NCBI GenBank assembly: GCA_964575655.1 | Contig: CAZNQV010000003.1 | Span: 1 to 39,533 of the forward strand | Direction: 5' to 3' | Length of the DNA stretch: 39,533 nucleotides | Source of the DNA: an uncultured Muribaculaceae bacterium | Lineage (GTDB): Bacteria; Bacillota_I; Bacilli_A; RF39; UBA660 | Part shown: piece after piece, positions 34,126 through 39,533 of the stretch | Position numbering within the stretch: the stretch's first letter is position 1 | How the letters are laid out: every line of letters starts with the position of its first letter | The notes under the pieces: generated by a model | Database searches by the model: none | What the model saw: only the letters and a program-made list of their open reading frames with translations | What the model was told of the DNA's origin: nothing | Position numbers and translations under genes: made by a program

Positions 34126-35873
34126 TAGTAAAGGGGCAAAAAATTAATGACCGATATGAGGCCTTAAAGAATATTGGTGAAGGTGGTATGGCTAATGTTT
34201 ATTTAGCACAAGATACTATTTTGGACCGATTGGTAGCAATTAAGGTTTTACGAGGAGATTTAGCAAATGATGAAAAATTTGTTAGGCGTTTTCAACGTGA
34301 AGCATTATCAGCTTCTAGTTTATCACATCCTAATATAGTTGAAATATACGATGTTGGAGAGGATGATGGTAGTTATTACATTGTAATGGAGTTTGTAGAA
34401 GGTAAAACATTGAAACAATTGATTAAAAAAAGAGGAATCTTAACAGTTGAAGAAGTTGTTGACATTATGTTACAAGTAACTGATGCAATGGCAGTAGCTC
34501 ATGATTCCTTGATTATTCATCGTGATTTAAAACCACAAAATGTAATGATTTCTGAAGATGGTGGTATTAAAATTACTGATTTTGGTATTGCCATGGCCTT
34601 AAATAGCACACAATTAACTCAAACTAATTCAGTAATGGGATCTGTTCACTATTTACCACCAGAACAAGCTAGTGGAAAAGGGGCAACCTTAAAAAGTGAT
34701 ATTTATTCTCTAGGAATAATGATGTATGAATTGCTAACAGGTAGATTACCATTTAAAGGAGAAAACGCCGTAGAAATAGCATTAAAACATTTAAAAGAAG
34801 AATTACCATCAGTTAGAGTGGAAAACCCTAATATTCCTCAAAGTTTAGATAATATTGTTCGTAAAGCAGCAGCTAAGAATCCTAAAAATAGATATAATAA
34901 TGCTAGAGAATTATATGAAGATTTAAAAACTTGTCTTAATAAGGAAAGAATTGATGAACCATATCGTGAATTAAAATATACTGAAATTGATAATGATGAT
35001 ACAAAAGTTATTGAATTAAAGGGTGATATTGATAATTCATTAGTGAAAAATATAACGGATGAAAGTGAAAAAAAATCTAATACGAAATTGATTATCTTGT
35101 TTTCAGTATTAGGATTTTTGATATTGGCAGTTGCAAGTGTATTTTTAATTAATCGTTTTAGTAAACCTGATGAAGCGGTTATTCCAGATGTTAAAGGTTT
35201 AACAATTAGTGCAGCCGAAAAGAAGTTAAGCGATGCAGGTTTTACAGTAGCAATTGATACAATTGAAATTGAAGATGAGGAATTTGAAGAAGGATTAGTG
35301 GTAAAAACAGCACCAGCTATTGGAAGAACTATTAAACTTTCTAAGGAAGTAACATTATATATTTCAACAGGGACTATCAAATATACAGTTGAAGATTTAA
35401 CGGGTAAAAACTATATAGAAATACAAACGATACTTGAATCAGTATATGGTTTAGTAGTAACGGTTGAAGAAAAGGATCTTCCAGAAGATGATGAGAATGA
35501 TTATGATGAACAAGAGATAATTGGCCAAAGTGTTGATCCTGAAGTAGTTTTAAAGAAGGGTGAGGCAATTATTTTGTATATTCCTCGTGATATGAATAAA
35601 TATCCAAATTTTGTAGAAGAAAAGTGGACTGCTGAAGAAGTTCAAGCATTTGCTGATAAATATAAAATTATATTAACGATTTCTTATAAAGAAACAGCAG
35701 ATTATCCTGAAGGTACTATAATTTCACAAAGCCGAGCTGCTAAAACTGAAGTATTAGAAAACTCTACACTTAAAATAGTGGTTGCAAAAGCAATTACGGC
35801 CCTTGATCCAGAAATAGAAGTTCCTGATGATGGGGAAGATACTGGTGATGTTGAAGAGGAACCAACCGAATAA
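34122..35873 (+). CDS. prkC: Hanks-type Ser/Thr kinase with TM and extracellular PASTA repeats
   Basis: GEGGMANVY, VAIKVL, HRDLKPQN, DFGIA and ...SVHYLPPEQ, then a TM and three PASTA-like units (VIPDVKGLTISAAEKKL...). The acidic C-terminal tail overlaps the prpC stop (ATGA). Confidence 0.92.
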   Translation: MIVKGQKINDRYEALKNIGEGGMANVYLAQDTILDRLVAIKVLRGDLANDEKFVRRFQREALSASSLSHPNIVEIYDVGEDDGSYYIVMEFVEGKTLKQLIKKRGILTVEEVVDIMLQVTDAMAVAHDSLIIHRDLKPQNVMISEDGGIKITDFGIAMALNSTQLTQTNSVMGSVHYLPPEQASGKGATLKSDIYSLGIMMYELLTGRLPFKGENAVEIALKHLKEELPSVRVENPNIPQSLDNIVRKAAAKNPKNRYNNARELYEDLKTCLNKERIDEPYRELKYTEIDNDDTKVIELKGDIDNSLVKNITDESEKKSNTKLIILFSVLGFLILAVASVFLINRFSKPDEAVIPDVKGLTISAAEKKLSDAGFTVAIDTIEIEDEEFEEGLVVKTAPAIGRTIKLSKEVTLYISTGTIKYTVEDLTGKNYIEIQTILESVYGLVVTVEEKDLPEDDENDYDEQEIIGQSVDPEVVLKKGEAIILYIPRDMNKYPNFVEEKWTAEEVQAFADKYKIILTISYKETADYPEGTIISQSRAAKTEVLENSTLKIVVAKAITALDPEIEVPDDGEDTGDVEEEPTE

Positions 35874-36694
35874 TGCAAGGGCAAATAGTTAAAATTTTAA
35901 GTAATGATTATTTTGTATTAGCAGATAATACAACTTATATATGTAAATCCAGAGGTAAGTTTAGAAATGACAACATAACTCCACTAGTTGGAGATTATGT
36001 TTTCTTTGATGCTACAAAAAATTATATTATGGAAGTTTTACCACGAAATAATTATTTGATTAGACCTAGTGTTGCTAATGTTGATCAAGCATTAGTTGTA
36101 ACTAGTCTAAAAAAACCAGAATTAGATTTGGTATTATTAGATAAATTTTTAGTAGTTTTAGAATTTAATAGAATTAAGCCAATTATTTGTTTTACTAAAA
36201 AAGATTTACTTACAAGGGAAGAATATAGACATTATAAACCAATAATTAAGTATTATAAAAAAATTGGATATACTGTTTTATTTAATAATAATGTTAGTCG
36301 AATTAAGAAAATATTTAAAAATAATACAACTGTATTTACAGGACAAACAGGTAGTGGCAAATCTACATTAATTAATAGAATAAATCCTAAATTAAATTTT
36401 CAAACTGGGGAGATATCCGAAGCTTTAGGAAGAGGCAAGCATACGACTAGACATGTTGAATTAGTTAATATGAATAAGGGAAAAATATTGGATACTCCAG
36501 GATTTTCAGATATTGATCTTAATTTAATTAAGGATATTGATAAATACTTTGTTGAATTCCAAAACTATCCTTGTAATTTTAAGAATTGCAAGCACATTAA
36601 TGAACAGGAATGTGAAATTAAAAAACAAGTTAAACTTGGAAATATCTTGAATTCAAGATATAATAATTATAAGAAATTTGTAGGAAGTAGATGA
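35873..36694 (+). CDS. rsgA: ribosome small-subunit-dependent GTPase A
   Basis: Circularly permuted GTPase with ...FTKKDL... (NKxD-like) before GQTGSGKSTLIN, DTPGF, and the C-terminal zinc knuckle CNFKNCKHINEQEC. Confidence 0.9.
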   Translation: MQGQIVKILSNDYFVLADNTTYICKSRGKFRNDNITPLVGDYVFFDATKNYIMEVLPRNNYLIRPSVANVDQALVVTSLKKPELDLVLLDKFLVVLEFNRIKPIICFTKKDLLTREEYRHYKPIIKYYKKIGYTVLFNNNVSRIKKIFKNNTTVFTGQTGSGKSTLINRINPKLNFQTGEISEALGRGKHTTRHVELVNMNKGKILDTPGFSDIDLNLIKDIDKYFVEFQNYPCNFKNCKHINEQECEIKKQVKLGNILNSRYNNYKKFVGSR

Positions 36695-36698
36695 TACT

Positions 36699-37328
36699 AT
36701 GAAAGAAGTTTCCACATCCATTCTTAGTGAAAAAAATATTTTCAAGTTGATTGAACAATTAAATAATAGTCAGACTGATTATATCCATTTAGATATAATG
36801 GATAATAAGTTTGTACCAAATAAATTTTTAACTGTTGGAGAAATGGAAACAGTATTGGAAAAAATTAGTAAAAAAACTGATGTTCATTTAATGGTTAATA
36901 ATCCTGAACCGTATATAAAAAAATGTGCGTTATTTGATATTAGTTACATTACAATTCATTATGAAATAAATGATTATTTGAAATACATTAATATGATAAA
37001 AGATTATGGTTTCAAGGCTGGTATTTCAATAAAACCTAATACGGAAGTAGAAAAGATATACGATTTGCTTGATCAAGTGTCATTAGTGTTAATTATGAGT
37101 GTTGAACCTGGTAAATCGGGTCAACCATTTATTGCTGAAACGCAAAATAAAATTGATAAGTTGAAAAATGAAATAATGAGAAGAAAATTGAATGTTAAAA
37201 TCAGTGTTGATGGTGGTATTAATGATGATGCCTTGCAGTATGTAATGAATGCTGATATCATTGTTAGTTGCACTTATATATTGGATGATTTAAAAAATAT
37301 AAATAAAATAAAAGAATTCACAATTTAG
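36699..37328 (+). CDS. rpe: ribulose-phosphate 3-epimerase
   Basis: ...IHLDIMDNKFVPN..., ...HLMV..., MSVEPGKSGQPF and VDGGIN. Confidence 0.9.
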   Translation: MKEVSTSILSEKNIFKLIEQLNNSQTDYIHLDIMDNKFVPNKFLTVGEMETVLEKISKKTDVHLMVNNPEPYIKKCALFDISYITIHYEINDYLKYINMIKDYGFKAGISIKPNTEVEKIYDLLDQVSLVLIMSVEPGKSGQPFIAETQNKIDKLKNEIMRRKLNVKISVDGGINDDALQYVMNADIIVSCTYILDDLKNINKIKEFTI

Positions 37329-37340
37329 TGAATTCTTTTT
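37311..37340 (+). terminator. rho-independent terminator of rpe
   Basis: AAAGAATTCAC-AATTTA-GTGAATTCTTT followed by TT. The stem includes the rpe stop codon. Confidence 0.6.
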
Positions 37341-37356
37341 GTAAAAAAAAATAGAA

Positions 37357-37524
37357 CTAGTTTTTTTTCATAGTTCTAAGTTCTTTTGTAGATACTCTTA
37401 CTTTAGATCCATCATCTAATTTGATAGTTTGTAAGTTTAATTTTTGTTTTTTCTTAGTTGTATTTAATGCTTTAGATCTTAAGTTTTTTACATTTGGTTT
37501 TCTACTAGATACATTGATTGCCAT
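37357..37524 (-). CDS. rpmB: 50S ribosomal protein L28 (55 aa; below the ORF-track length cut-off)
   Basis: Hand translation of the minus strand gives MAINVSSRKPNVKNLRSKALNTTKKKQKLNLQTIKLDDGSKVRVSTKELRTMKKN*. The S-x-A-x-N-x-TK...NLQ...V(R)VS(T)K-LR pattern is that of L28. RBS GAGGAG sits upstream. The convergent rpe/rpmB arrangement is the same as in Bacillus. Confidence 0.8.
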   Translation of the reverse strand: MAINVSSRKPNVKNLRSKALNTTKKKQKLNLQTIKLDDGSKVRVSTKELRTMKKN

Positions 37525-37592
37525 TTATATCACTCCTCGTCTTCGTTTTCTCGCCTTTTAACTTTAACATATTATTAAAAATAAGTCAAATA

Positions 37593-39533
37593 TTATTTCC
37601 TTGTTTGATTAATCATCCAGTTAACAATTTCAGGATCACTGTAAACTTTTATGGTTATATTATGACCTAGTCCTGGATGCACTGTTACTTTTGCATTACC
37701 GCCATTTTGATTTATAGCATCAGTTAAAGTTATTATTTTTTCTTTATTTGTTCTATCTATTTCGCCAACATGTGCCCATATTGGAGTATTAGTTAAAGCA
37801 GAGGCTTTTTTTACATTTTCCCAACCGCCAATGGGAACAATGCAAGAAAAATAATTAGTGTATATTGAAGAAATATGTAGAGCTTCCATACCACCATAAC
37901 TAAAACCAGTGATTGATACTTTTTTTGGATTAATATTATAAGTAGCTATAAGTGAATCCATAAATCTTTTAAATACACCTTCACCATTAGCTTCGTTGCT
38001 AAACATATTTAATCCAAAAGTGTGTGGTGAAACAATAATTGCATTGTAATCAATTCCACTATTAAGTACTCGAGGGAAACCATCACGTAATAGTGTTCGA
38101 ATCTCTTTTTCTTTTATTTGACTAGAGCCATGTAAATATATAATTAATGGCATTTCTTTAATGGTTGGTGTATTAGGTGGTGCATAAAAATAATACTTAA
38201 TATAACCGCTAAATCCTTTAACTATATTATCTTGATATTCTTTTATAATTAATCGCTGGGATGTATTATTCCAATACTCAATATCACTATTTTTTATCCA
38301 AATAGCGTATAATACTAAATCTTTGTCTTGTTTATAGGTATCATTTGGATTATACTTTTGGCCACTATTATCAGTCTTGGTATTCCAATTAAGAAAGGTA
38401 TAATCAGAACGAGTTGGAATTTGGGATGTAATAGTTATTGTTTGATTTTTTTCTTTTATTTGTTTGTTTGGGGTAGTGGTAGCTCCAGGATTATTATATG
38501 TAATAGTATATAATACTTCAGCATTAGTAATATCAACTGAATAAATTTGTGAATTATTAGTAATATCATAAATAATAAAATCATATGTACCATTTTTGTA
38601 CACAGTATATGTTAATGTGTTTGTTGTTGCTTCACTCTTATTTGGTAAAATAGTCTTTTTATATCCAGTCCCATCAATATTTAAAGTGATTGTTACTCCT
38701 TTTGAGGTTATTGTTTCTGGACTAATTGTATGATTTACATTAAATTTTACTTCTACTTTGTTAACTATAATTGTTCTTGTTATTTCTGTTGTTATGTTTC
38801 TACTATTTGTTACTTTATATGTTATTGTATAATTACCTGGAGTATTAGTATCTACTTTACCTGTTGTTGTTACTTTTTTGGTAATGTCACCATCTATTTT
38901 ATCACTTGCTTGATAACCTAGTTCTTCATAAATACTGCCTTGCATTATACTTCTTACTTTGTTACCGACTAACTCAATTGTTGGATTTCTTCCTTGAATA
39001 TCTTCGGCAATCACAATTCTTTTTAATTCTGTTATATATTTATCTTGTTCTTTGATATGATAACTAACAATATTTATACCATTATCAATATCATTATTCT
39101 TTATTTCTAAGGTGTATTTATTATCTATAATATACCCTGGTTCTTCATATTCACTATTACTAATAATTAATGGATTGTCTCCTTTTAGACTACCATATTG
39201 TTTTAATTTATCATTATTATCTAATATCTCTTGTATTACTTTTGATGTATATCCTTTACAGATTAAATATGGATAATAGGTATCTTGTTCTTTTAAAACA
39301 CCACTGATATTTTCACAATCTAAAGTTTCTTTTATACTTAGATTTAAGTTATTTAGTGATAGATAAGTATTATTGGTAATATTGTTATTTTGAGTATATT
39401 GTTTGGCATTTAATACCATTATTGTTTCGATTCCTTGATAGGTTAAATCTTCTTTTGGTTTCTTGTTATTAATAACTACTAATACTATAATTAAAACAAT
39501 TATAAGACATGCTAAAATAATGATATATTTTTT
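37593..39533 (-). CDS. large membrane-anchored surface protein: Ig-like (DUF5011-type) domain, Listeria-Bacteroides repeat, C-terminal alpha/beta-hydrolase (esterase); 5' end outside window
   Basis: The minus-strand frame stays open upstream of Met 39419 to the window edge (KKYIIILACLIIVLIIVLVVINNKKP... is a signal anchor). ...GDITKKVTTTGKVDTNTPGNYTITYKVTN... is an Ig-like unit. ...YTFLNWNTKTDNSGQKY...LVLYAIW is the repeat. Esterase signatures are PLIIYLHGSS and the nucleophile elbow GFSYGG, with a C-terminal GLGHN. Confidence 0.75.
   Translation of the reverse strand, partial: KKYIIILACLIIVLIIVLVVINNKKPKEDLTYQGIETIMVLNAKQYTQNNNITNNTYLSLNNLNLSIKETLDCENISGVLKEQDTYYPYLICKGYTSKVIQEILDNNDKLKQYGSLKGDNPLIISNSEYEEPGYIIDNKYTLEIKNNDIDNGINIVSYHIKEQDKYITELKRIVIAEDIQGRNPTIELVGNKVRSIMQGSIYEELGYQASDKIDGDITKKVTTTGKVDTNTPGNYTITYKVTNSRNITTEITRTIIVNKVEVKFNVNHTISPETITSKGVTITLNIDGTGYKKTILPNKSEATTNTLTYTVYKNGTYDFIIYDITNNSQIYSVDITNAEVLYTITYNNPGATTTPNKQIKEKNQTITITSQIPTRSDYTFLNWNTKTDNSGQKYNPNDTYKQDKDLVLYAIWIKNSDIEYWNNTSQRLIIKEYQDNIVKGFSGYIKYYFYAPPNTPTIKEMPLIIYLHGSSQIKEKEIRTLLRDGFPRVLNSGIDYNAIIVSPHTFGLNMFSNEANGEGVFKRFMDSLIATYNINPKKVSITGFSYGGMEALHISSIYTNYFSCIVPIGGWENVKKASALTNTPIWAHVGEIDRTNKEKIITLTDAINQNGGNAKVTVHPGLGHNITIKVYSDPEIVNWMINQTRK

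Overview
This is a visibly AT-rich, standard-code (TGA is a stop) chromosomal window from an endospore-forming Firmicute; gpr, spoIIP, spoVD-like and spoVE/ftsW-like genes are all present. It has three conserved housekeeping blocks. The first is a division/cell-wall (dcw) cluster: mraZ-rsmH-ftsL-pbp2B ... spoVD-mraY-ftsW/spoVE ... murG-murB-divIB. The second is rpsT(-)/gpr-spoIIP-yqxA-like. The third is fmt-rlmN-prpC-prkC-rsgA-rpe/rpmB(-).

Two accessory insertions sit inside the dcw cluster and are the most interesting content.

1. The SpoVD-type class B PBP gene is split into a 5' part (13247-14293) and a 3' part (18052-18906). The 3758-bp element between them encodes a large serine recombinase, a small upstream ORF, an ispE-like GHMP kinase and a decayed or non-coding stretch. 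Both junctions share an AATC core, and that core lies at the centre of an inverted repeat (GTATCTCT / AGAGATAC) that would form on the excised circle. Precise excision restores ...ENSCN-PGFVKMG... in frame. This looks like a sporulation-type 'intervening element' in a gene I do not know to be interrupted elsewhere.

2. A terminator-flanked four-gene unit (about 8375-13212) lies between pbp2B and spoVD. It encodes an ER/archaeal-type (SipW-like) signal peptidase fused to a polytopic membrane domain, a bitopic membrane protein, and two exported proteins that share the N-terminal motif IGYAxLSExLxINS. One exported protein is a small beta-sandwich TasA/camelysin-like subunit. The other is a 690-aa LamG-containing protein. 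I read this as a candidate SipW/TasA-like fibre or adhesin system.

Other content: a partial HExxH metalloprotease, tandem paralogous membrane-anchored proteins (one with a Listeria-Bacteroides repeat plus an MBL-fold domain), an APH-like kinase and cysS inserted in the dcw cluster, thioredoxin-like and transglutaminase-like proteins, an atypical kinase-like protein, and a large surface protein with a C-terminal esterase. No CRISPR array, rRNA or tRNA was found. All functional calls rest on motifs read by eye, and no database search was possible.
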